Positions 50,607 to 62,673 of a DNA stretch of 64,000 nucleotides are shown here, one piece after another. Location of the stretch: positions 15,192,001 through 15,256,000 of the forward strand of contig CM052818.1 of assembly GCA_028534125.1 (NCBI GenBank), given 5' to 3'. Below the pieces are notes generated by a model. That model was not told where the DNA came from and made no database searches. It saw nothing but the letters and a program-made list of their open reading frames with translations. The translations under genes were made by a program, and so were the position numbers. Source of the stretch: Lama glama. Taxonomy: Eukaryota. Every line of letters starts with the position of its first letter. Positions within the stretch are counted from its first letter, which is position 1.

Positions 50607-51827
50607 AGAAATAAACACGTCAAAATATTCGTAGCTATTGGGGTATCTATGGATGAGTGGTGGGATTATGAGTTTTGTTTTCTCAGCTTCCTGTTTTCTA
50701 TAAAGGAGAGGTCTTGTTTGTGTGATAGGAATTATTAAATTAAAAAATAAAATTTCCTGGTCAGTCGAGTCACCTGTTAATGGTCCAGAAATCTGAGGTT
50801 ACTTTATGAATTCCGTCTGAAGCACAGAACCTTTGCACAGAGATTTGCTGAGGCTTTGTGACTCAGACTCACCGTGTCTAAAGCTGCTGCCTCCTTTGAC
50901 AGCTTGAGGGCCTGAGGGCCTGAGTGGTAGAAAGCTTCTTAGAAGTTTCCCAGGGCCCTACTCAGGGCTCTTATCTAACTGCTGATCGTTCTTGTGACAA
51001 ACTAAGTCATATTTATTAGACAGAAGACATGAGCTTGGGAATAATTCCTGGTGAAGATCCTCCCACCTCCACGTGCCCAAATGTAATTGTGTTCCAGTGT
51101 CTCCACCACCTCCACAAAGCTTTCTTTTGTGTCTCTAGAAAAGAGATTAGTTTTGTCATATGGCTATTCTCATTAAAAAAAAAAAAATCTGTAGGATGAC
51201 CAGCTCAGAAACGAGGGTGCACTTGCCTATTTCAGTGCATTCACCTCTCTTTATGTTTTCTAATCACTTGCTCAAGCAATTGCCTAATAAAGCAGGAAGT
51301 CCATTACTTTCTACTTGGAGCCCACCTGTTCATATCCTACCCCCCAACCTCCAAAAACCCAGGCTCATTCACACAAATGGCAACCAGCTCTCTCCACCGG
51401 AGCCATGCAGAGGGACCTGGAGTCCCCCACAGCCATTGTCCCTTAGAGCCACAGGGTATGGCTGTTGAGTTTGGTTCATGAGGCTGTAGTGCCTGGTCCC
51501 TGTGTCGGAAACAGTGCCCAAGCAGGGACTCCAGAATGACTGTTTTCTTAGTGTCCTCTCCCAAGCTTGGCCACTGTTGCCTGAAGCACAGGACACAGCC
51601 ATCTGCTCTCTCTGACCAGACCTCCCTGTCCCAAACTTTTGCACCTGAGTCCCCAGCCTAGACTCTCCAGGGAATTTGATTTCCTGGAGCTTTTCGTCTT
51701 CCCACGCCACTGAGTTGGCCAGAGCTTCCCAGGTCCATACCAGCAGGTAAACCTAGCTTTGCGTGTCAGACAGCAGGATGCCATCCTGGCCCTTCTCACT
51801 TCCTTTCTCCTAATACTAGGATCATCT

Positions 51828-52150
51828 TGTGACAAATTCCAGTGGGAGATTAGTCAGCGTGACAGGCCGTTTGCAAACTTTTGATGGGCAAAGTGAGGTT
51901 CCTGCCCTCCCACAGAGAGGGGGAGACAGGCGCCTTATCTTCCTTGGTGATTGTGTTTCAAAGGGATGCCTTCCGGGTCTTGGAGAAAGACCTTCCTGAG
52001 TTGTAGAAGATTTATATCACAAAGAGGCAGAGAGAGAATTTATAAGTTTCTAATATAAAGGCTCTAAGAAAAGGAAGCTCAGGTGCCTAGGGTCGGGAAA
52101 GCAGCCTAAGTCTAGTCAGGCTGAGGGGAGTGATGAGGAGGTCTTGGTGA
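51828..52150 (-). mobile_element. Old ERV1 (MER4-group) LTR fragment
   Basis: ttcaaagggatgccttcc...ttggagaaagaccttcctgagttgtagaagattt...tagtcaggctgagggg...gtcttggtga resembles MER4-group LTRs. Confidence 0.65.
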
Positions 52151-53499
52151 GTTGCAGCCTTGGTGTAATCACAACAGTTCTAACTTACCCTCCCGTCACT
52201 CCCATCCTCCCGTGAGGGACGACGTGAGGAAGATGACAAGAGTGAGTCCTCTATAGCAGGGACCAGAAGGGTTCTGCCTTATAGCAAATTTTGTCATATA
52301 AGTGACCAAGGCATAAGGTGCTGTTCCAGATTCGATGGTAACTCTCTTTGTGGGGAGTGGATTTTCATACAATGCTTTGGGTATCAAGGGACTAAGAAAT
52401 GACACCTCCTTAAGGAGATGCTAAACTGCAAGTTGGGAAGTCTGTATTTTTCTTTTTGGTGACGACTTTGTAGGTTTTCTGCTGCAACTTTATAAACAAA
52501 CTGGTGTTAGTGTTCCCCTTGCGCCTCCAGGTTAGTAACAAAGAAAACTGACTTTACCACAATGCCTTTGCTTGTTGTAGATGAGTTTAAAATGTATTGC
52601 AGTGTGTCTTCATTTGCTCTTATTTAATGGTTAAAGATACATATAAGGGGGTTGGTAAAATTCCTTAGGGTGATACAGTTTTAGAGACTATTCTGAGTTT
52701 CATGTAATTTTAAGATCCACATGGGGAGTTAGGAATTCTTAGCTCTGTTTAGATCAAGACATAATACAGAAAGCTCTGTGCAATTAGGAACTCCTTCTGT
52801 TGTCTCTCTCTGCCTATCAAGCTGGGTTCTACAAACAGGAATATTTTTCCAGTACCTTTATAAGGGACATACGGTATTGTTTGTTCCGTTCATCACCAGT
52901 GAGAAGTAACTTGATACCTTCATTGCTAATAACTCCCTCCCAAAGTGTGTTGTCACCTCGGTCATTTTTGAGCCAAATCAACAAATAATGAGTGTATCTG
53001 TATCCGGGAGACCCACCTACACAGTTTGGGCTTGCAGCTGCCTCAGACTGTTGAGGAGCCAAGACATAGACATGTGGATAGTGAAGTAACGATGGACAAC
53101 TTAAATAGATGTTCAGAATATCAGCAGAGATTTCACCTTCAGACATGTAATTATAAAGCAGACTCTGCAGACATTAATCACTACAGGTGAGAGGTTGGGA
53201 AGAACATGTGCAAAATGGAGCTCGTGTTTCTTTGCTTTCCCTCGATCTCTTTTGCCTACAGCAAACATCCTTAAAAATTTCCCCTTGCGTTTACCCTTTC
53301 CTCTTGTGTGCTCTTCTGTGCCGGTCCTTCACTGCAGATAAATAGATCCGGTCTTAATTTCCTAAACCCACTGCCGTAAGTGCTGCTCCTGCCCCCGCAC
53401 GAGGGCTCCCCTCAGCTGGAATGGCTTCGTTTCAACTCTCTCCCTCTTTCCCTCCCTCTGCCTTGCTAACTTCTCTTAGCTCAACCATGTAATGAAGGT

Positions 53500-53682
53500 T
53501 TCTCCACGTTTTCCTCTATTTGGGTCGCCAGTGAGCAGATGATGCCCGCCCATGTTGGGAAGGGCCATCTGCTTTACTCTGTCCACCAGTTTTATCTCTT
53601 TTAGAAACACCTTCAGAGACACACCGAGAAAGAACGTTTAACCAGGGCATCCTGCAGCCCAGTGGAGACGGCACAGCATCAC
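53500..53682 (-). mobile_element. MLT2 (ERVL) LTR fragment
   Basis: gggaagggccatctgctttactc...agaaacaccttcagagacacacc...catcaca. Confidence 0.7.
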
Positions 53683-53840
53683 AGGCAGCATCGGCATCTT
53701 GTGAACGTTGTGAGCAAGGCAGATTCTTGGGCTCTACCCCAGACCTATTAAAGCCTCATCTCAGGGAGTGGGGCCCAGGACTTGTGTTCTCATGTGCTTT
53801 CCAGGTGGATAAATGTGTATAAATGCCCAAGAAATACTAC
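53683..53840. mobile_element. MER5A MITE fragment
   Basis: gcagcatcggcatc...gcagattcttgggctctaccccagacc...ggagtggggcccagga. Confidence 0.7.
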
Positions 53841-54963
53841 TTTAGACGGCCCTGCTCTGCTCCCTTGGTGGGGTGCCCTGTCCTTGAATGTGCTTTGTGC
53901 CCAGGCTTTAAAACTCTCTTTCCTGACTCTGTTTCCAGAACCTGTGTGGTTTCTCCCCAAGTCCCTCAAGGGACAGTTGTTTTTGGCGGCTGTGGATGAG
54001 CTTGGACATGTGAAGGTGTCCACACATGTGTATGCCAGGACCCTTGCTGGACAGCCTGGAGCCAGGGGTGGGGCAGGGCAAGGAAGGGAAGGGAGGTGAG
54101 CCACAGGCTGGGGGAGGGTTTTTCTGTTCTACTGGTTCTAAATTTGAAGCTACTTCCAGGTCATTTTGAAGTTGAATTTATTAAGGTAGCAGGGAACATA
54201 TTTTATTTCACTGTTTGCTAGCTTGAGAATACCACTTAGACATTCAGATAAAGGGTATCAGGGCCTCTATTTGCACCCTCTGCCCAGGCCTGCAAACATT
54301 AAGGTGGAGTCTGCTGTAAATTTTAAATCTTACTTTCCTCTCTGTGTCTTTCACTGGGTTGGAATCCCTCGGGGGTAAGGACTGGTTTTATTTGACCCTA
54401 ACTCCATTGCTTCTCACAGTGCCTGGCATAAGTGACCTAGCAGATGTGTGCCAAATGCTGAATAAATGAATGAATGCCTTTTTGAAAACTGGTGCTGTCA
54501 GGGAAACTTTTTTGGGGAGATTCTGGTCCCACGTGGTGTTTGTTCTTTGGGCCAGACCCGTGAGGCTGTGGCAGACAGATGGGATGTCCTTAAGCAGGCA
54601 ATGCTCTCTGCTATTGTCACATAAATTGTTAGAATTAGGGGCAATAAAGGGGCTATACCATCAACATGATGTCATCTGTTAGACCTGATTCCTCAGACCA
54701 AACAAAGCCAAGGGAACTCTAAAGTCCAAAAAGGTGGGAAAGAGAACCGAATGCCATAGATTAATTAATGTAATGAAAACAGCTGTCAGACTAGTCTGAG
54801 GCCTTGGCTTACTACAATTAAGTGTTCAATACAAACTAATTAAATTAGCAGTTCCCAGGTGTTGGCTTTACAGGCTGTATAAATTATGCATTGAGGCCAG
54901 AAGCTGTCTATACCATGGCCTTGTTTTGGTGGTTCTTTTCATTCTGTGGGTTTCTGTGTGGCG

Positions 54964-57013
54964 TTTGTTTTTGTTTTTGTTTTTAAATAGAAATATAGTT
55001 GCTGTACAATATTATGTTGGTTTCAGGTGTAGTACATGATTTGACATTTGCATATATTATGAAATGATCGGCACAATAAGCCTAGTAACCATCTGTCCCC
55101 ATACAAAGGTAATACAGTATTATCGACCGTATCTTTTACGTGGTGTATTACATCATTGTGGCTTGTTTATCATATAACTGGAGGTTTGTACCTCTTTATC
55201 CGCTTCACCTATTTCAGCTACCTCCCTCCTCCCTTCTGGCAGCTACGCATTTATTCTCTGTATCTATGAATCTGTTTTTGTTTTGTCTTGTTTGTTGTTT
55301 TTTAGATTCCACATATAACTGAGATCATGCAGTATTGGTACTTCTCTGACTTACTTCACTTAGCAAAGTATGCTGTAGATCCATCCATGTTTTGCAAATG
55401 GCAAATTTTCATTTTTTATTTCTGAGTAATATTCCATTTTTTGGTATGTGTGTGTGTATATATATATAAATAAAACATCTTTGTCCATTCATCTGTTGAT
55501 AAACACTTAGGTCTCTTTCATATCTTGGCTGCTGCAAATAATGCTACAATGCACACTGGAATGCATGTGTCTTTTTCTGTTCAGCTTGGATGATTTCCAC
55601 TTCTCTGTCTCCCAGGTCACTTATCTGTTCCTCTGTACTGTTGGACCTACTGTTGATTACTTCTAGTGTATTTTTATTTCAGTTATTATATTAAGCTCTA
55701 TTATTTGGTTCTTTATATTTTCTAACTTTTTGCTAAAGTTGTTTCTCCATCCTCCTGAGTTCATTGAGTATCTTTATCATCATTACCTTGAACTCTTATC
55801 AGATAGATTGCTTATCTCCACTTTATTTAGTTCTTTTTCCTGAGGTTTTGTCTTGTTCCTTCATTTGGAACATATTCCTCTGTCTCCTCATTTTGCCGAA
55901 GCCTTTGTGTTTGCTTCTGTGTATTGGGCAGGCTGGTTACATTTCCCGATCTTGGAGAAGTGGCCTTATGTAGGAGATGTCCTGAGGGGCCCAGCAGAAT
56001 ATATGCCTTAGGGGAGCCCCCTGTGTGGGCTGCGTGGGCTCTGTTGTGGCAGCACCAACTATATGGGTGTGCTGGTAGATGGGGCTGGTCCTGGCCCAGT
56101 TGGCTGCCAAGCCCTGCCTCATGCAGTGGTTGCTGGTCCGCTGGGTGGAGACCAGGTCATGGAGTGCTTGGCTGCATGGCCCAGGGGTGCTCAGGGCTGG
56201 TGCCAGCTGCTGGTAGGTTATGCTGAGTCTAGGGGTGGCTGGCGGTGGGGCCTGGGGAGGGGCTGGGGCTGATGCCAGCCTGCTGGTGGGTGGGTAAGCC
56301 ACCAGTGCTTATAGGCTGGAGGGAGGACTTCAGAATGGTGCTTGCCAGCACCAGTGTCCTGGGGGTAGAATGAGCTCCAAAACATGGCTGCTTCCAGGAT
56401 CCCTAGGGGAATCACAGTTGAGCAAGGGGATCTGATCCAGGCTTTTTTCAAATTACTGCTTCTGTGCTGGGACTTGGAGCATATGAGATTTTTGCATGTG
56501 TCCTTTAAGAGTGGAGGTTCTGTTTCCTACAGCCCTTCTGCTCTTCCGTCCATAAGCCCTCTGCGAGGCTTGTCTTCTCAGTGCAGGACTCCCTGGCTGG
56601 GTGGCCTGACTGGGGCTTGGACCCCTTGCTTCTTGGGGAAAACCTCTGCAGTTGTGATTATTCGCCTGTTTGTGGATTGCCCACCAGGGATGCAGGCCTT
56701 TACTATATCTCTGCCCCTCCTACCCATCTTGTTGTGGATCCTGCTTTAAAAAAAAAAATTAAAAAAAATTTAAACTTTTTAAAAATCAGTTTTAAATCTC
56801 TAAAAATTTTAAAATTATTTTTAAAACCATTTTTTTAAAAGTCATTTTTTATGTGGTCCTTCTTTATCTCTTTAGTTGTGTAAAATCTTTCCTGCTAGTC
56901 TTCAGGTTCTCAGACAGTAAGGAGTTGTGCTCTGTAAGGAGCTGTAATTTGGGTGTGCCCATGGGAGGAGGTGAGCTTAAAGTCCTCCTGCTCTGTCATG
57001 TGGGCCACATGCC
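54964..57013 (-). mobile_element. Internally deleted L1: 5'UTR and ORF1 N-terminus fused to ORF2 C-terminus, 3'UTR and tail
   Basis: L1 5' end near 57013 (minus: ...agctcacctcctcccatgggcacacccaaattacagc); ORF1 ATG at 55891 (MRRQRNMFQMKEQDKTS); junction ~55575 into KDTCIPVCIVALFAAAK of ORF2; (GTTTTT)n tail at 54964-54984. Confidence 0.75.
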
Positions 57014-58359
57014 GTGTTTCTCGTTTTATTGTGATGTCTCATGTTAGATATATCCCAAAGTAGCAGCATAATTGGACAACTAGGTATGGATGCTGAATAT
57101 TTAATAGGTTAATATTTTTATTTTTTTCTCTTTCTTAGAAATTCTTCTTTTTTTGTCCCCTCTAAACATTTTACCTGAGTCTCTTAATAAAGTTAATGGT
57201 TGTAAGATTCAGCTGACCAACCAATATTCATTAAGAATCTACTTCATGTGCGAGGCCCTGGGCCAGGGTGGGAGAAAACTGTGAAGTGGAATGAAGGCTG
57301 TTCTGATCCATGGAGACCCCAGGGTGCAACTGGGAAGTCAGGACACACGTGCAAACTCACATTGAATTGCACGAGCCATGCGCACCAGGTGCCAATTATT
57401 TTGTGTAAAGTAGGCAATCATTTCAGGATGGAATCACTTCCACCTGAGGAGATTGTCCTTGAGAAGTGTCCAGCATCATTCCAACTTCCCTTCAAGCAGT
57501 GTGAAGTACTTGATATCATGACCGTACACATGTATGGGTGTGAATCACTGAAGCTGAAGTTTCACAAATGATACTTAACCCTATCTATGTGTTATGCACT
57601 TTGCTTATTCTGTTCCATTTTTTAGAAAATACTCTATTCTATGAAAGTATTCTACTTTGTGAAAATCACAACAATGCAGGTTGCAGTCTCAATAAATTGT
57701 TAAATGCCCCACTAATTAGTTACCATCCACAACATGAAAAATGCTGCTGTAGAGGCCTGACTTAATGTGAATTGAAGCTGCAGGATTTTATCTGCCCTAC
57801 ACTCCTCTCTACCCCCTCCTACGATGCAAAGCTAGGGAAATCACCAGTGTCTCTGTGGTGGGATGGCTGGGGTCAGTTGTTGGTGTCTGCATGGAAGAGG
57901 TGTTCTTTCTATAGCAATCTGAGGACTTAACTTCTCCCTTTCCCTCTCCACCCTACCAGGCCAGGTGGGGCCACTTGTGCGGAGCACACAAGTGAGGGAG
58001 AACCGTGAAACCCCTTTGCCAGGCTGACCCACATCCAGTTATTCGTTTCACACCTTTTTTTTTTAAATCAGGTTCCAGATGGTTATTCAGGCAGAAGTAG
58101 GAGGCATGAAGAAATAGGTATGGGATGTGGGAGGAGGGTTTTAATAACATTTTCCTGCCCTTGAGAGATTTATTCTCATTGAAGATTAAGGTGATTATTC
58201 CTAGAGGCATTTGAATATTAATCTATCTTCAGGAAACCTTTTCCTGGACAAATTTATATCATGGTAGTTGCTATTAGGATAGCACCAGATATTTGACTGG
58301 AATAATGTTTCATTAAATGTTATCACCTGTTCATACACTTTAACATTCAGAGTCTTTCA

Positions 58360-58850
58360 TATTCCCTGGCCCTCTGCATGTTCTGGGTTATCATGTTCTG
58401 ACATGCAAAAGCTTCAGGTTCTGGGGTGACAGATGGACATGTAAAATCAATCCCATGAAAGTCCTATGTGGAGGTTTATGCAACAGACCAGGGGCCACAG
58501 AGGAGGCAATCCCCAATTTCAGTGGCACTCAGGGCAGTTTCTTGGAGGAGGTAACATTCTGAAGGAGGAGGTGGAGTTTGCCCGGAAGAGGCTGAACATT
58601 CCAGGGGGAGGGAACAGGAAGTGTGAAGCGTGAAAGGCATAAAAGAGGGCAGAGCTGCAAGAAGCTTAGTAAGGGTGGTGGCGAGAAGAGAGATGAGGTG
58701 GAGAAACACGCAGATGATAAAGGAGCTTGCATGCCATGCTGAGGAGTGGACTTTATCCGTTGGAAACTGGGGAGAGATGTGTTTAAGGTTTATTAGAGGA
58801 ATCATGTAAGTAGAATTTACATTTTGGGAAAATTACTCTGGTAAGCAGCA
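58360..58850 (-). mobile_element. L2 fragment
   Basis: ggcagtttcttggaggaggtaacatt...gccatgctgaggagtggactttatcc...atttacattttgggaaaattactctgg. Confidence 0.7.
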
Positions 58851-58907
58851 TATTTCTAAGGAATTTAATTGTTCCCAAAGGCCTCATATAATGACCACAC
58901 AATTTTA

Positions 58908-59092
58908 TTTTATTTTACTTTGTTTTGTTTTTTAAAGATTTCTTTTTAAGCCTTTTTGTTTGTTTTGGGGGGGAGGTAATTAGGTTTATTTATTTATTTA
59001 TTTATTTATTTTAATGGAGGTACTGGGGATTGAACCCAAGACCTCATGCATGCTAAGCATGCGCTCTACTCTTGAGCTGTACTCGCCCCCAC
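58908..59092 (-). mobile_element. tRNA(Ala)-derived camelid SINE (Vic-1-like)
   Basis: Minus strand ggggcgagtacagctcaagagtagagcgcatgcttagcatgcatgaggtcttgggttcaatccccagtacctcca, then (TAAA)n, cctaattacctccccc and an A-rich tail; 18-bp TSD aatgaccaca(c/g)aatttta at 58890-58907 and 59093-59110. Confidence 0.9.
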
Positions 59093-59154
59093 AATGACCA
59101 CAGAATTTTAGAGTGAGAAAGAAGATGTGGCATATAGATATATATTTAGACGTA

Positions 59155-59340
59155 TACTGCCTCTCACGCTTAAATATGCATCACTTGGAGGGCTCCTTAA
59201 ACTAGGTTGCTGGGACCCACCCACAGAGATTCTGGCTCAGGAGGTCCAGGGGCAGTCCTCAGAATTTGCATTTCTAACGAGTTCCCAGGTGGTACTAATG
59301 CTGCTGGTTCAGGCACCACACTTCGCTTACTTACGCACCA
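59155..59340. mobile_element. MER5A MITE
   Basis: ggttgctgggacccacccacagagattctg...agaatttgcatttctaacgagttcccaggtggtactaatgctgctgg. Confidence 0.8.
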
Positions 59341-59353
59341 CACTACCACTTGC

Positions 59354-59895
59354 TGTGGTAGGAAGAATCCTATATCCCATGTCCTAATCTTTGGAGCCAG
59401 TGAATATATTATGTTAGATAGCAAAAGGGAATTAAGGTTTTGGATAGAATGAATTTAGAACTAATTTGTTACTTAACAAGTCAGTAAAGTAAGGTTGCTA
59501 AAGAGGTGACCTTAAAATAGGGAGTCGCCTGGGTTATCCAGGTGAGTCCCATGTAGTCACACAGGTGCTTAAGATCAAGAGAGAGGAGGAGGATCAGAGG
59601 GAGGTGTGATTGCTGAAGGAGGGGTGGAGACAGAGGTAACACTGCTGGCTTTGAAGATGGAGGAAGGGGGCTGTGAGTCGAAATGTGAGCAGCCCTCTAG
59701 AAGCTGGAAAAGGTAAGAAAATGGATTCTCCCCGAGAGTTTCCTGAAGGAACGTGGCTTGCCGACATCTCGACTGCAGCCTACTAAATCCTGAGTCAGAC
59801 TTCTAACCTACAGGACTGTTAGGTAATACAGCTGTATTGTTTTAAGCTGCTAAGTTTGTACTGAATTGTTACAGTAGTAAAAGGAAACTAATACA
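59354..59895 (+). mobile_element. MaLR LTR (MLT1D/E-like)
   Basis: tgtggtaggaagaat...gctggctttgaagatggagg...ctctagaagctggaaaaggtaagaaaatggattctccc...ggaaactaataca. Confidence 0.85.
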
Positions 59896-59922
59896 AATGC
59901 TCTCGGGGACTGTGGTGGGTAC

Positions 59923-60256
59923 TGGGAGCCCAAAGGTAAAAACCAACTTGGTCAGTGACTGCCAGCTTCACGAGTTTTTGCCCTCACGTCCAACTCCGGA
60001 TCGACAGAGAAAGCCAAATGTGCTTCCAAAGCTATGGCAGGAGGGGCCCTGACTCCAGCTTCCCGGTGCCGACAAACACCAACCAGAGCTCTCCTGAAGC
60101 CTTCACTCCCCCCACTTCCACTATAAAGCCTGTCCACTCCCTCGCCTGCCTTTGAGTCTCTGCCAGTCACCAGAGATGGTGGCCGACTCCTTTGCTCAAG
60201 CGAGCTCTAAGTAAATAGCCTCTGCTTGTTCTCATTTGGGTGGTCATTGATTTCCA
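59923..60256 (+). mobile_element. Old ERV1 LTR (MER110-like)
   Basis: agagaaagccaaatgtgct...ccactataaagcc...gcctgcctttgagtctctgcca...gatggtggccgactcc...gcttgttctcatttggg. Confidence 0.65.
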
Positions 60257-60304
60257 TAAGAGATGGTTCTTTTTTCTTTTCTTACTTCACTGACTGTTCT
60301 ACTG

Positions 60305-60530
60305 CAGTGGTTCTCAGTGCAGGGGGATTTGCCCCTCACCCACCTCCCCAGAACAGGGACCTCTGGCAGTGTCTGCAGACAAATCCTTGGTTGGTTGTCA
60401 CAGCTTGGGAATACTACTGGCATCAAGTGGGCAGAGGCCACTGTAGGATTCCGCTCAACATCCTACATGGCGCAGAATGCCTCCAACAACAAAGAATTAC
60501 CTGGACCAAAATTCAAATGGTGCTGATCTA
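60305..60530. mobile_element. MER20 MITE
   Basis: cagtggttctcag...tggcagtgtctgcagaca...ggttgtcaca...tactggcatcaagtgggcagaggcca. Confidence 0.8.
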
Positions 60531-61735
60531 ATGATAGAAATTTCTGTCCCCCGTGCAGTAGAGAGGTGTGGTGTGCAGGTGTCTTTTTATGTGAATGGGA
60601 CAGTAATGTTAAAATGAGACAAGGGTGGCCAGCAGTCTGTATTTTGAGTCTGACTAGGCTTGGTTTTGTAGCAAAGATAGTCCTTGCTTCTACTTCCCCA
60701 AAGGAACATGACCTCCCTTCCCCTCAGGGAGCAGGAAATTCTAGCATTTGATTTTAGTAACTGCTCCTTAGTAACTCCTGGAGATTTATAGTGTGTGGTA
60801 AAAGCATGCTAATATATTTGCATCTACTTATCTTTACATAGACATGTGAGAGATGGCTATGAAATGTCCACCTATGAATAGTGGAAACAATCTCTTTACT
60901 TCAAAGCTGTATCCCACACGCAGACACATACGCATATCACTGTACTTGTTTCTAGCTGGTTCAGTTGCAGAACTACTTCCCCAGTTCTCTCTCTCCACCC
61001 ATGCCAACAGTCCAGTGGTGTCGTGCTTCGTTGGCTCTGTGTCCGAGACACTCTCATCTCTGGATCTTCAGAGCTGATTTGGAATGCATGCTATCGAAGC
61101 CTCCACATTCCCCCTGCATTCAAAACAGCTGTAGTCAGAGTTCTTCCACAGATCGACCTCTAGCGTTTCCCATTGGCAAGCTCAGGAGGAAAGAGGCCAG
61201 GTAGGGTGTTGACTGTGGAGAGAGGCCTTCTCAATCCTTTTGCTCTGACCTTTTGCCAGCTCACAGCCTAATTATCAATTTCATTACATAGGAGAGCGTG
61301 TTGCCATGGTATCATGGTATACTGCCACATTAAGATTCCAGGGTATTTTTAATCTTTAATTACCTACTTTCATTTTTGTGTGTGTGTGAATTGGCAAAGG
61401 CCTTAAATTTTTTTTTCTTTTTGATTATGTGGTTTTCTGCCAGTGGTTTCTGAGACTGAGGTACTAATTGAGACAGAACTGCCTCTCTTCTTTGACAAGA
61501 AATAAGATCACCTCTGGAGCCCTGGTTCTGTGCAAGATTTGATTAACAGTTCCATGGAGGTCATTGTATCAGCTTGCCTTCAATGCACGTGCTTATGCAC
61601 AAGAAGCCACTAATTTACAGAGATGTGACCCAGAAGGATTTTTTTTTAATCTATAATGGATGTAACATGTGCTTGCAAGGATTCAAAATATTTCCAGAAA
61701 CATAACTGAATTCTAACTTTTTTCTTTCTCTACAG

Positions 61736-61770
61736 CATCACAGAAATGTTTAGTGTTAATGATAAAACAG
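61736..61770 (+). other. Candidate 35-nt exon
   Basis: Branch-like ctaac, pyrimidine tract and cag acceptor; CAG|GTGACT donor. Confidence 0.25.
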
Positions 61771-62537
61771 GTGACTTTTTGCTTTGGACAATAGTTTTCT
61801 GGGATTGTCAAGAATTAAAAATCCTAGGTTCACTTAAAAAACCTGTTAACTACTTGAAGTAACAAGTAACACTCTGATTATTTAAAGAGCCCTTTTCTTG
61901 GCATTTCTAACTCTGCCTAGGAATTAGAACCTTTAATGAAAGGTATGAGTGAAGGTAGGGAAAGAGAGTGCAGTGTAGCTTTTGAATTAGGTCAGACTGA
62001 AATCCTCCTTAGTAAAAGAGACCAGGAATAACATAACAAAAACAAGTCAGACAGGAACGCTCCCCTGTATCTTATGAAGAATGTGAAAATGTGTGCAATA
62101 ATTCTTTTTTCTTTTCTTTTCTTTTTTTTTGATTTACTATAAAGTGTCTGCTTAGGGGGATTTGGAATCTTATTAAAAAAGAAAAAAAATGAATACATGG
62201 AAAATACAAATGTGTGTATCTTTTATAAGGGCAGGTCTAGCTAATGTGTCCTCCTCTGGGTCTTATTTATTCATTGTTATTAATGCTTAATCTGTGTCTT
62301 GAATCGTAATGTTCATTTATAAGATGTGCCCATTTATAAGATAGATATTACTGGAGTTGACACCTTAGGTTTTTCGTGGAGCTCAGCACTGCTTAGTGGT
62401 GATTTTGGAGAAAGCTACTTCTTCAAGGACAAAGGCAGTGTCCCAGCAATGCTATCTGTAAAGAACATCTCAGAAATAGGGTGCCTTTCCCGGAAACCTT
62501 ATATACCAGCAGCAGGAATTTTCATTTTCTTTTGCAG

Positions 62538-62673
62538 ACTGGCTTGTGCTGCTTTGAGACCTGGGCTGCTTCACTAGTAGTCACCCTGTAGCTTGTAATG
62601 ACTCTGTCTGCTTAGACCACACATGAGAACAACAGTTAGGATTGCCTGAAAGGATGACTGGACAGCCAGTCCA
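62538..62673 (+). other. Candidate 136-nt non-coding exon
   Basis: ttcattttcttttgcag acceptor; CAG|GTGAGC donor; stops in all three frames. Confidence 0.3.

Noticed and set aside
59014..59090. tRNA-Ala gene
   Set aside because: The tRNA-like head is followed by a SINE body, A-rich tail and TSD, and carries substitutions; it is a SINE.
7147..59797. Recurring AP-1 heptamers (TGAG/CTCA)
   Set aside because: About a dozen noticed in 64 kb against roughly 8 expected by chance; not convincingly enriched.
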